NCBI GenBank assembly: GCA_964016885.1
Contig: OZ024757.1
Span: 30,504,001-30,568,000 of the forward strand
DNA length: 64,000 nucleotides
Origin: Eledone cirrhosa
Lineage: Eukaryota
Reading direction: 5' to 3'
Part shown: positions 27,245-39,792 of the stretch, in pieces
Layout: every line of letters begins with the position of its first letter
How positions within the stretch are numbered: the first letter of the stretch is position 1
The notes under the pieces: generated by a model
What the model saw: only the letters and a program-made list of their open reading frames with translations
Database searches by the model: none
What the model was told of the DNA's origin: nothing
Translations under genes and position numbers: made by a program

Positions 27245-30101
27245 GTAACCTCTGCAGAACTTCTTTAAACGTTCTCTTTATTTGTTTGTTTAAATATATA
27301 TGCATATATTATTTAATATATATACAATTATTATTATTAATTATTAAGGAACCAGTAGCACTGTGGTCGATTTAATAGACTCCCTCTTCCCTTCAAATTG
27401 TTGGCCTTGTGCCTAATGTAGAAACAATTATTTACAACTACGTGTAGTCGCCTATATATTTTCATGCGTACGTGCATACATACATACATACATACATACA
27501 TACATACATACATACATACATACATACATACATACATACATACATACATACAAACATACATACATAATAGACATAACATGCATACATGTATAACATACAT
27601 ACACATACATACATAAACACACACATACATACATACATACATACATACATACATACATACATACATACATACATACACACACATGTACAGATACAAAGCA
27701 TATACACATGCACACATACAACTCAAAACATACACATCCACACATACAATAACATCCATATCTACACATGCATGCATACATACATATCTATCTAGTTGAT
27801 GTTGTGTAAGTTCCAATGAGAGAGTCTTGTGTCTATGTTAGGAACCGACTCTCTCTCTATTGGTAAAACTTTGTGAAATTATAAAACCAGAAGGACATAC
27901 ATAGCATACATAGCAGCATTGCGGAAATATTCAAAGAGTTGAAAAGGGTCATATGATGTTATGACTTCTTCTTCTTCCACTTATTCCTGGGAAAGTTGTA
28001 GGGGGCAGAGTCCTCAAGCACGCCCTGCAGCAGGTCCTGCCTGAAGAAACCTTCTCCAATTGATCCAGCAGGATCCCTAAGCAAAGCCAGCTGAGCACAC
28101 ATGGATGTTATCCAACCATCTTGCTCATGGTCTACCCCTGGATCTCCTGCCGGCTGGTTTTGCCTATCAAATCTGTCCCGTGATTCTTTCCTTAGACCAA
28201 GGTTTCCCAAACTTTTTCAAACGCGGAACCTTTTTTGGTCCAGAAACTTTTGGAGGAACCCCAAAGTCTAAAATTGTTATATGGTCGTAATATAAATATA
28301 TCTTTTTACAGAACCCCAATCACTCCTTTGCGGAACCCTTGGGTTCCACAGAACCCATTTTGGGAACCACTGCCTTAGACAATCTATCTTGTTAAATTTT
28401 GTTATTTTCTCAGATCTTCTGTGCTGGTGTTATGACCTATTGCATAATTTGACATGGGTGCATGTGGACTCTGTAGAGGACAATGCAAGCTTAGTAATTT
28501 TCTTAGTGTGGTCAGAGCAAAAAAAAGTATCCAAAAGTAGATCCGTCAGCTTACCAATTTGTCAGTTTAAATTGTTTTATTTGTGAGAACAGGTTACATA
28601 ACTGGGAGAGTGAGACAGACATTATATAGCTAGCCTAGGGCTATGAATAGCCTGGTGCTGGATCTGTAAACAAGGAACCTACTTCTGACACACAGACAGT
28701 CAATAGTTTTCATTATCAATAGACATAACATATGTATAGTCACAGCCTTTATCTAGCCACTTCTAATCTCCACAATTTACATGTCCTTAGATAAAACAAC
28801 AACACGGTTCACACATTTGTATAACTGTGTAACACTGCAGAGTGTCAAAGGTGCCACCCTTTCCATTTAAATTTAGGATCAGATACTGCTTTAGTTAGGT
28901 GTTCAAAACATCATATCTTTTAAATATTCCTCTGCCACCATCACCACCTAAAAAACAAAACATGTAGTTCAAAATAAACAAGAAAAATAGAGAGATACAA
29001 TAATACAAAGGCTTATTAGTTTTACACTTATTTGAAAAAGAAAATGAATATTTCAGTGTATCGGACATTGATCCTTCATCAGGAAAGAGCAAACACATTG
29101 GCAGAAAGGTATACAGTCCTGATGAAGAGTAATGACCAGAAACATGTTGATTGTTCCTCAAAGCCAGTGTTGAAGAAACAGGTGACGATCAGTCACCGGC
29201 ATGGCACAGCTTCTAATCGGGCTCGCTTGTTTACAAACGAATTGAAGATTATTATTAATGTTCGATATAACCCATACGTACATATGTATATGCATAATAT
29301 GCATATATGTGTGTGTGTATATATACAGATATGTATATATATATACATATATATATGTGTGTGTGTGTGTACATATGCATACTTATTTTAATATATATAT
29401 ATATATATATTAAAGAGTTAAACAAGATTCAATGAGTACATCAAAGAATAAGTTTTACAGTAGATTGGAAGCACTCTACAGTAAAAATATTTTCCAGAGT
29501 TATTAATATTAAAATACAAATATTAATAAAATAGATGTTCTTTTGATCAATTAAATTTTATTATACATATTTCAGAGGTACAAGAGTACGTCTTCATCAG
29601 ACAAAATATAATGATACATGACATACCTTGAGATGTTAAATGGTTAAGATTTAATCAAGGTAGTACCTTGATTAAATCTTTGATTAAATATAATTGTTTC
29701 TACTTTAGGCACAAGGCCAGCAATTACCCAGTGCATTACTGGTACTTTATTTTATCGACCTCGTAAGGATGAAAGGCAAAGTCAACCTCGGCGGGATTTG
29801 AACTCAGATCGTAAAGGGACGTAACTATGCTGGAAAGCATGGCGTCCGACCCTCTACCGATACTGCCAATCGACCGCCCCTTTGATTAAATATAATGATA
29901 CATGACATACCCTGAGATGTTAAATGGTTAAGATTTAATCAAGGTAGTACCTTGATTAAATCTTAACCATTTAACATCTCAGGGTATGTCATGTATCATT
30001 ATATTTTGTCTGATGAGGACGTACTGTTGTACCTCTGAAATATGTATAATAAAATTTAATTGATCAAAAGCACATCTATTTTATTAATATTTGTATTTTA
30101 A

Positions 30102-30132
<31 letters not shown>

Positions 30133-31058
30133 TTCCCGGCGTCGAAGACGTTATGTTTTTCCTAAAATAAATTTTAAAAAATCTACCATACATCCTTGAG
30201 GACAAAGCAACTTCAGCACCAGGAAATACAGTATATATACAGGATGGGCTTCTGCAGTTTCCAATGACCAAATTCCACTCAACCCAAAGCTATAGTAGAA
30301 GACATCAAGAAGCCATTCAATGGGACTGAACCCACAACCATATGGATGTGAAAACCTTGGCTGCATCTACAAGATAACGAGTTGTATCTTTTATTTTATT
30401 TTGTTCAGAACCAGAAACATTAACTGCTGCTGAACAAGAGGCGAAGTCTTTGGAAATTCAAGGAGTTAAGGAAGCTGAAAATGGAAAGCTAGATTCTTCC
30501 ATCGAGATGTTCACTCAGGCCATACAACTTGCCCCACAATTTTCTTCTGGCTACAATAATCGAGCACAAGCTCTTCGCTTAAAGGGAGATATACAAGGTA
30601 AATATACATCTTTAACTCTTTAACATTTAAACTGGCCATATATGACGAGAATTCTCTCACCTCTTTCTGTTCAAACTGGCTGTAACCAGCCACTTATACT
30701 GATGTTAAAGTATTGTTCTTAAAATAAATAATATCAAAATCTCATAGATTCGATATTATGTGGGATAATCATGTGAAAAAAAACCTTTACCACAAAAATG
30801 CAATAGTAAATATAGAGTAATGTGAATGCTAAAGGGTTAAAAAAACAAAAAAGCTGTTTTGTCAGTGAAAAGAAAGCAATATTTATTACCCTTTTTGAGG
30901 GCTTTTGAGTTTGGTGGTATAGGGGTTGGGGATAAAGTTATCTGCAAATCAGGGAGCTGTCTTGAATGCTTGCAACAGAATGGATTTTGATAAAGGCACT
31001 TAAGTGGTGTTGTTAAACTGGACAACAGAGTGGACTCTACGGAAGGCATTCAAGAACC

Positions 31059-31146
<88 letters not shown>

Positions 31147-32245
31147 TTATCTATATATCTATCTGTCTATCTATTTACTTACTTATCTATATACCTTCCT
31201 ACCTCTCTATTTACCTGTCTGTCTATCTATCAACTTAATTACCTACCCCTATATCTATCTACCTACCTATCTACCTGTCTATCTATCTATCTATCTAATT
31301 ATCCACTGCATGGTATATGCTAGCAGTAACTGAACTAAACATCAATGACTCTGCCTTCACATTGTAGGGGCTTTAGAAGATCTGGATAAAGCGATTACAG
31401 TTAATATTGGTGAGAATGCTGTCAGTAAGGCTGTTCTTCAACGTGCAATTCTCAGACGTTATAAAGGTAAGTTCTTATATCTCTATATAAATTTTGAGTG
31501 ACTTCTGTCCATCCATCACACAATGTGTGTGTGTTTGTGTGACTGTATGTATGTGAGTGTGTACATTTTTAAGTGTTCTGTGGAGGCACATGGCTTAGTG
31601 GTTAGAGCATTGGCCTTGCAATCAAAAGGTTGTGAGTTCAATTCTCAGACCGGGTGATGTGTTGTTTCCTTGAGCAAGACACTTTATTTCACATTGCTCC
31701 AGTTTACTCAGCCTTAGAAATAAGATGATAGGGACTGGGGTCCCTATCATTCCACTGCAAAGTGGTCGTGGAGGTGCCACGGCAAAAAAGCACCCAGCAC
31801 TCACTGTAAATGAGGTTGGTGTTAGGAAGGGCATCCAGCTGTAGAAACCAAGCCAGAATCAGTTCCCGTCCCACCCTTGCAAGCAGGGAAAAGCGGACGT
31901 AAAATGAAATGATGATGAATGATGATGATGATATACTCATACAAATAAATGTATGCGCATACACACATGCACACAGATATACACATATGTGTCAGTGTAT
32001 ATAAAGAAATCCTAGTACATGAAAATGACGAATAGTTTCTTGTTGTTGAACCTCATCATCATCATCATTTTACGTCCGCTTTTCCCTGCTTGCAAGGGTG
32101 GGACGGGTCTTATTAAGCATGACCTCTCTCCGTTCATCACGGTCCTTAGAATAAAGTACCAGTAATGCACTGAGGATGATTTAATCAACTCCCCCTAAAA
32201 AAAAAAAAAAAAAAAATTGCTGGTCTTGTGCCTAAAGGAGAAACC

Positions 32246-32294
<49 letters not shown>

Positions 32295-33111
32295 TAAAAC
32301 AAAACTTTATACAAAGTACCAGTAACGCAATGGAGTCAATTTAATCGACTTGCTCCTCCCCCTAAATTGTTGGCCTTGTGCCTAAATCAGAAACCATAAT
32401 TATTATTATGGCGTTTTAATGTTCTGAGTTCAAATCCTGCCGAGCTTAACTTTGCCTTTCATCCTTACGGGGTCGATAAAATAAAGTACCAGTAATGCAC
32501 TGGGATTGATTTAATCGATTCCCCTCCCCACAAAAATTGTTGGCCTTGTGCTTAAATGAGAAATGATTATTATTATTATAAAACAAAACTTTATATAAAA
32601 TACCAGTAACGCACTGTGGTTAATTTAATTGACTTTTCCCTCCCTAAAACCATTATTATTATAATCTTTTTTAGGGTGGTGGATTAGCAATATCAGTAAA
32701 GCATCAGACTGCATGCTTTGCAGCATAGAGTTATGGCCCTTTACGTTCTGAGTTCAAACCCCTCTAACGTTAACTTTGTCTTTCATCCTAACGGGGTCAA
32801 TAAAATAAAGTACCAGTAAGGCATTGGGTTGATTTAATCAACTTCCCCGACAAAATAAAAAAATTGTTGGCCTTGTGTCTAAATCAAAAACTAAAGTAGA
32901 AACAATTACTATTGTCATTCTGTAAAATTTATATTTTCTAGGTGATGATAAAGGAGCCCTAGAAGATTTCAAGTACGCAGCAAGCAAAGGAAATGCATTT
33001 GCAAAACAGATGCTGGTTATGTTAAATCCATATGCTGCTTTATGCAATCAAATGTTGTGTGAAGTCATTAATAAGTTAAAGACTGGAAATATTGATGACA
33101 GTTCCAGTTAA
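27118..33111 (+). CDS. TTC36: Tetratricopeptide repeat protein 36, 4 exons, 194 aa
   Basis: Exons 27118-27244, 30409-30597, 31368-31466, 32942-33111 (585 nt, GT-AG, phase-consistent). Motifs: [72 protein letters not shown]. Confidence 0.95.
27475..27790. repeat. (TACA)n microsatellite
   Basis: Direct inspection. Confidence 0.95.
28198..28372. mobile_element. hAT-type MITE
   Basis: Imperfect TIRs caaggtttcccaaa / tttgggaaccactg; exact 8-bp TSD ccttagac at 28190-28197 and 28373-28380. Confidence 0.88.
29113..29154 (+). ncRNA. Putative minimal hammerhead (same family as 48565), weaker stem II
   Basis: ACAGUC-CUGAUGA-agaguaaugacca-GAAA-CAUG-UU-GAUUGU. Confidence 0.4.
29555..29607 (-). ncRNA. 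Putative type-I hammerhead ribozyme (inverted copy)
   Basis: Same motif with A-U in place of G-U at the base of stem II and loop UCUU. Confidence 0.6.
29695..29880 (-). mobile_element. SINE family A, young copy with TSD, inside a palindrome
   Basis: Flanked by tttgattaaatataat; near-identical to the 16472 copy. Confidence 0.85.
30003..30055 (+). ncRNA. Putative type-I hammerhead ribozyme
   Basis: AUUUUGU-CUGAUGA-GGACGUAC(UGUU)GUACCUCU-GAAA-UAUGUA-UA-AUAAAAU. Stems I and II pair; stem III is minimal. Confidence 0.6.
30409..30597 (+). CDS. TTC36: TTC36 exon 2
   Basis: ttcag|...[13 protein letters not shown]...[15 protein letters not shown]|gtaaat. Confidence 0.93.
31062..31295. repeat. (CT)n then (TATC)n microsatellite
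   Basis: Direct inspection. Confidence 0.95.
31368..31466 (+). CDS. TTC36: TTC36 exon 3
   Basis: [12 protein letters not shown]...[11 protein letters not shown]|gtaagt. Confidence 0.93.
31582..31932 (+). mobile_element. tRNA-derived SINE, family B (full length, (ATG)n tail)
   Basis: tRNA-like head tggcttagtggttagagc...ttGCAatc...gagttcaattc, then ccttgagcaagacactt core and RTE-like tail gcaagcagggaaaagcggacgtaaaatgatgatg. Copies at approx. 20217-20545 (-), 38627-38972 (-), 42200-42465 (+), 49340-49732 (-), 52700-52985 (+). Confidence 0.85.
32942..33111 (+). CDS. TTC36: TTC36 exon 4
   Basis: [39 protein letters not shown]..., TAA stop. Confidence 0.93.
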
Positions 33112-33149
33112 ATTCTGTTTGTATTGTTTTTGTTGTTGTTGTTGTTTAA

Positions 33150-33370
33150 CCCTTTAGCATTTAAACTAGCCATATCCGGCCAGACTTTTCTCACCTCTTT
33201 CTGTTCATATCGGCCATAACCAGCCACTCATACCAACATTAAGGTATTGTTCTCAAAATAAATAATATCAAAATCTCATAGATTCGATATTATGTGAGAT
33301 ATTTATGTGAGATAAAGCCTTTATTGTGAAAATACAATAGTAAATATAGAGTAATGTAAATGCTAAAGGG
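33150..33370. mobile_element. piggyBac-type MITE just after the TTC36 stop (multi-copy family)
   Basis: TTAA|ccctttagcattta...taaatgctaaaggg|TTAA. Other copies at approx. 4247-4462, 13153-13367, 16070-16272, 16281-16700, 16720-16859, 30611-30840, 38034-38270, 60536-60753. Confidence 0.85.
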
Positions 33371-34633
33371 TTAACCCTAGGTCAGCCATGACCTAACAGA
33401 TGTATCATATAATAAAAAATTATCTACGTTCAACTATCTCCTCTTTATTTATTTGTTTTTAGTTCAGCCAGTGTGCAAGGCTAGGCTGAATGAAGAAGTG
33501 ATGCCAGAGCTGTGAAATCTTGCATGCATTAATTTCATCTCTTCTTGCATTGTTTCTTTCCAGGGACTATGTTGAAAAATAAACCTCATTTGGTTATTCT
33601 TTGAAAGTGTCTTGGTCAGCCTATGAACTTTTTATCCAAGCCACTTTGAAGCTTGTAGCTTAGGGGTTAGGGTGTTGGACTTATGATCATAAGTTCCTGG
33701 GTTTCATTCCTGGACAGGGTGGTGCATTGTGTTCTTGAGCAAGACACTTCATTTCTAACTACTTCTCATGATAGGACTCGGGTCCCTATTATTAAAACAT
33801 CCAAGAAACTTCCTTTGATATATATCATATGAGGCCAACTAAACCTTCATTGGTGTGAGTAGTAACAACAAAATAGGACTGGGTCCTTCTATCATGAAAA
33901 CACCCAAGAAAGCTCTTATGAGATGCAAAACAGTAGGAAGCCAGTTAAACCTAAATTAATTTATATGTATATGTTTGTATGTGTGGTGTATGTATATATG
34001 TTTGTGTGTGTATGTGCATATGTTTGTTTCTATGTGTATGCATATATGTTTTTGTGTGTGTGTTTGTGTACAGGGAGTTCCGAGGGTGGGGGTGAAACAA
34101 TTTCTTTTATTGACAGTAAAAGTAAATCCTCTCCTTGTTTAAAACGGAGATTCCTTATAAATAAATAAATAAATACATAAATATATAAAAAGTTATGGGT
34201 GTTTCCGTGAGTGGCTTATTCCGAAACTCACTACAGCCAACGATACCCACTGCACCAGCCATTTTACCTCCATGGCGCTCCTTCTTCCGGTGGGAAGCCA
34301 TCGGTAGAGGGATACGGAAGCAGTTAGGTGACCAAGGAGATTTCAATGCGGTCAAGTGTTTCTGTTTAATCAGAGAGATTTGTTCTCACATGTCTTGTTT
34401 ACAGTAACCATTGGTTACCGAACAACGCCATCTACCAGCTTAACAGAGCAGCACACACACAGAGTTACACATCCACACGTACACTCACATACACATAAAT
34501 CAACTGACTCAAGCGTGTATAAACTCACATATACACACACACACATATATATATATAAAGATATATATACATATATATATATATATAGTAATAATCATAA
34601 ATTTGAAGACTAAAATCCAAAGAGGGCTCAAGG

Positions 34634-34700
<67 letters not shown>

Positions 34701-34769
34701 GTTTAGGGTGAAAGCAGCGATTCTTTGCTTAAACTTTAATCTGTTATTTTAATAAATATATATATATAT

Positions 34770-34850
<81 letters not shown>

Positions 34851-35207
34851 TATACAGGTATGTATATATACACACACAATTACACAATCACAAACGCGCG
34901 CATACACACACACAATCACAAACGCACACATACATACACATTCACTAGGATACATAAGAATCCAAACACACACACATACGTACACAAAACATTAAAAAAC
35001 AGAGATACAGACACATATATACACACGTACGATATACAGGTATGTGTGTGTTTTCTCAGTTAAGCTGAAAGTATACGGAAGGCGTTTGTTTACGTCTCTT
35101 GTCAATTGAGCTTACTTTGCTGGGAATATAATATATTTAAACCCTTATTTTATAAAGGAATAAGACTGCTATATGTATGTATGATGTTTAAACACATAGT
35201 AAAATAA

Positions 35208-35273
<66 letters not shown>

Positions 35274-36713
35274 TTATATGTAAACACTGCAGTATGACTG
35301 TGTTGAAACAGAAAATATAGACACACACATATATATATAAGTACATCGGGTAATGTACGTTTGTACATTACCCTATGTACTATACATACACTTTTTGATG
35401 AGTTGTAGTGCACCTGAGCACTGTACACAATATTTCATTATTATTTCATTATTATATATATATATATATATTTAAAGGTTAAACAAGGTTCAATGAATAA
35501 ATCAAAGAATGAGTTTTACAATAGATTGGAAGCACTCAACAGTGTGGTTTTCCGGAGTTATTAATACAAATTCATATATATATATAAATGAAAAATGGCG
35601 AGCTGTGTTGTTGCAAATATGATATAGAATAAATGATATATAATAAATGCGATATCTGTAATGCGAAGAAATACCTATGATGGCTCGTAGACCACTGATG
35701 ATGGATAGTCCTGGCTTCTATTTCTAATTCTTCATTTTATTATATATATATATATATATAGACACCCACCCACACACACATATATACACACACACACATA
35801 TATATATATATAGGAACAAGTATGACCCCCGACGGCAGAGCTCAAGCCGTTTCGACGGATATTGAGCTCTGCCGTCGGGGTCATACTTTTTCCTATTTCC
35901 CACTCTACTACCCCAAGTATTGAGTACTCTGATGCGTTATGGTCCATCTGGTTCCTGACCACAATTCTATTTTCATGGACACACTAGAAGAGGAAGACCA
36001 AGGTTAACGTATGTTGATGCCCTAAGGATAGACACTGGTCTGTTGGAGATGCAGGACATGGCAGCGATAATGAGGGACAGAGACCGCTGGAGAGAACTCG
36101 TCCATGGATCTCGGGAATTTTACCCGCCTTAGATAGATAGAAGGTAAACAGAAATAATATAATAAGGTAAACAGAAATAATATACATATATATATAAGGT
36201 AAACAGAAATAATATATATATTTATATATATATATACTTCAGTTTTGAATTTGTTTTGCTAGATTTATTATCGAAAAATGTGTGATGAAACAGATATTGT
36301 TATATTTTGGGAGGGTCATGCTGCCAATAAAATCACATGCACCTGTTGGTTTTCAATTCAATTTATAATAAATTTCCAGTTGGTTGGTTCAATCTGGTTA
36401 TTGAACGAACCAACTGGAAATTTATAATAGATTTAATTGAAAACCAGCAGGTACATGTGTTTTTATTGGCAGCATGACCCTCCCAAAATATAACCACACA
36501 CACACACACACACATATATATACATACATAACAAAGAGGGTGTGGTAAGATACCAGGTGGACCATCACACACCAGAGTACTCAATACTTAGGGTAGTAGA
36601 GTGGGTAATATGAAAAGAGTCAGGACCCCGACAGCTGAGCTCCAGCCATTTCAACAGCTCAGATCTAGCTGTCAAAATGGCCGGAGTTCAGCTGTCGAGG
36701 TCCTGACTCTTTT

Positions 36714-36748
<35 letters not shown>

Positions 36749-37812
36749 ATAGATATACATACATACCCATTATACATATGTATATGTATTTTTTTTTATA
36801 TAAAGTAAATAGGAATAAAAAGCAGACAAGGAAGAACCAAGACAACCATGCCACGAGAAAAGTCTTCCTCAAAAGATTTAATCGATGTTGGAAATGTTTC
36901 TACCCACCGCATTCGTAAGTTTCTTCAAACATTCATCAGCATCAGCATTGTGATCATCATCATCATTTTACATCTGCTTTTCCCTGCTTGCAAGAGTAGG
37001 ACGGGTCCTAATAAGCACAGGATCTTTCCATCCATCATGGTCCCTCGTCATCTCCTCTGTGAACTTCAACGATCTGAGGTCAGCTCTCACCACCTCCACC
37101 CATGTTTTTCGGGGTCTTCCTCTACTGCGTCTTCCTTCCAAGTTAGCATCCATTAGACGGGTTTGTCCCAATTGAGGCAAGTTTGGTCAGGTGACTGTGT
37201 CTCGCTTGTATAGGACTGTTTCTGGCTGGTTTTCTACGTCTGGATGCCCTTCCTAACACACACACACATATATATGTGTGTGTGTATGTGATATATAAAA
37301 CGGGTGTCTCTTTTGCTATGTAGGTGACAAGGCAAACTCTCTGGTATTGATCCCTTGATAAAATGCACCCAGTTCACACTGTAAAGTGGTTGTTGATGAC
37401 CTAGAGGCAACAGAGAGTAGAGCATAGTCTTTAGTCTTGTCAAGGAAATGACCACCTCTCTAGTGTGTCTCTGTAAAGGGTTTAATGTCAAGAAACCATG
37501 CCGAAATTGGAATGTACAAGTGTCCCTTGCCCATTTTAGAAGGGTAGTAACTCTAGATACCGACTCGGATTGTAATGACCCAGTCAAAATAACAAGTCCC
37601 TTTGTTTCAGTCATGGCCCTAGCAAAATACAACCACATTTCTTTCAACACACTTTATTTTAAAGGTCTTTCTTGCTTTCTTTCCCCATTCATTCTTTCTC
37701 TATATCCGTTTCTTTCTTTTCTTTCTTTTCATCACTGTCTCTCACCTTTTTCTTTATCTACTCACCTCTTTCTTTCATTCTTGCTAAACTCATTAATTTT
37801 TCTTAACTTCAG

Positions 37813-38506
37813 AACCAAAGTTGTCCCGATTCAAGGCCCATTCCAATATGAATGTCAAACCAAATCTCTTTGCCTCAATCGACTTATGTAAGTCATTTAT
37901 TGATTTTTATTGATTTATTGAACATTTAGTATTAATTTCATAGCAAATGTTTGTAGGTAAAATTATATTTTTTCTTTTTAAATGTATTTTTGCTTGCAAT
38001 GCTTATTTTTGATATACTATACATAATTACACCTTAACCATTTAGCATTTAAACCAGCTGTATCTGGCCAGAATTCTCTTACCTCTTTCTTTTCAAACTG
38101 GCCATAACTGGTTGTTTATCTTTATGTTAAGTTATTCTTCTCAAAATTGGCCATAACCAGCCACTCATACCAACATTAAGGTATTGTTCTCAAAATAAAT
38201 AACATCAAAATCTCATAGATTTGATATTATGTGAGATAATTATGTGAAATAAAGCCTTTACCATGAAAATACATCTCTTACTCTTTTGCACAGCGTTTGG
38301 CTTATGTCAGACACTGTGACCTTGGATGGACAAGCAGTACTATTGGTAGGGGTCGAAACTGCCGGGTGATGACTATGGAGTTCTGTGTCATTCATTTGTA
38401 TATTTTTTTTTTTTAATAATTTTTTAAGGTTTCCCCTTAAAAATTTTTTTTTTCGTTTTGTTTTGTTTCCGTTCATTGTCTTGTCTTTTCTTTGTTAATT
38501 TTCTTA

Positions 38507-38537
<31 letters not shown>

Positions 38538-39747
38538 CCTCATCATCATATATATATATAAACTTTAGAAAATTAACAAAGAAAAGTCAAGACATATATA
38601 TATAGATAATAGATAGATAGATAGATCATCATCATCATCATCATCATCATTTTACGTCCGCTTTTCCCTGCTTGCAAGGGTGGGACGGGAACTGATTCTG
38701 GCTTGATTTCTACAGCTGGATGCCCTTCCTAACACCAACCTCATTTACAGTGAGTGCTGGGTGCTTTTTTGCCATGGCACCTCCACGACCACTTTGCAGT
38801 GGAATGATAGGGACCCCAGTCCCTATCATCTCATTTCTACAGCTGAGTAAACTGGAGCAATGTGAAATAAAGTGTCTTGCTCAAGGAAACAACACATCAC
38901 CCGCTCTGAGAATTGAACTCACAACCTTTCGATTGCAAGGCCAATGCTCTAACCACTAAGCCATGTGCCTCCAGATATAGATACATATGATTAGTTGCAA
39001 CTGTGATATGTACAGGTACTTAAGTTTGTCATGTATGTGTATATATGTTGTCTGTGTGTTCAACTGTGTTAAATGACTTTATATATATTTCCAGATACTT
39101 TGCCAAATGCCAATATTTCAAATTTCCAGAAAACACATCTAGTAAGTACGAACATTGACAGCAATGACATCAACACCAACACCAACATCAACATCACTTA
39201 ACACTAACACCAACATCCTTATGTACCTTGTAATTAGACTATTTTCTGTAGTCAAAATGTATGGCAAAAGCTTATAATTCAATATATATATAAATCAGGA
39301 TGGATTCAGTTTGAAACTGGTTAGACCATTACTCAACAGAGTACTCAATACTGGTGGTAGTAGAGTATGGTTAGATTTCTTTATAATATATATATATAAA
39401 TCATTATTGCAAAGTATCTATATTCAAAATTCTCGTTAAATTTTAATATGCTACCTCTATAACAATGTGTGTTTACACTCTTTACAAATTATCCCCTGTC
39501 AATGTTTGATATGTTTATTATATGTATGTCAATCGATCTTTAATTTAATTCTTAATAAATGCTTGGATTTATTCCTTGGAATCTTTGAGCTTCTCCAGGT
39601 GGTATGGCACATGTTTCTAATCTTCTCAGACATGACATTTTTAATTTTGTTAGTATATACATTCAGTGACGCAATGTTTTATAACCAGATGTCCTTCCTG
39701 ACACCAACACCTTTTAGTCACCTCTTACAGTATGCAGGATATACACT

Positions 39748-39792
<45 letters not shown>

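Larger units (their letters stand above)
29505..30103. repeat. Long palindrome in TTC36 intron 1
   Basis: 29505-29665 is the near-exact reverse complement of 29948-30103. Perfect inner hairpin at approx. 29888-30006, centred on 29947. Confidence 0.9.

Noticed and set aside
27337-27816. ORF-track proteins rich in YVCM / YIYI / SLSL (also approx. 25363, 31004, 34749, 48714, 56123)
   Set aside because: They are translations of microsatellites.
31582-31652. tRNA-Cys-like gene (GCA anticodon loop)
   Set aside because: It is the head of a multi-copy SINE, with no proper acceptor stem or terminator.
34404-34426. RFX X-box-like palindrome (gtaaccattggttacc) upstream of the SVBP-like gene
   Set aside because: Mismatches to consensus and an unknown transcription start; too weak to call.
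35695-35715. Further CUGAUGA-type cores (also approx. 49007-49030)
   Set aside because: Missing GAAA or altered core, and no coherent stems.
38720-38959. Recurrent [15 protein letters not shown] ORFs as a multigene family
   Set aside because: Antisense translation of SINE family B.
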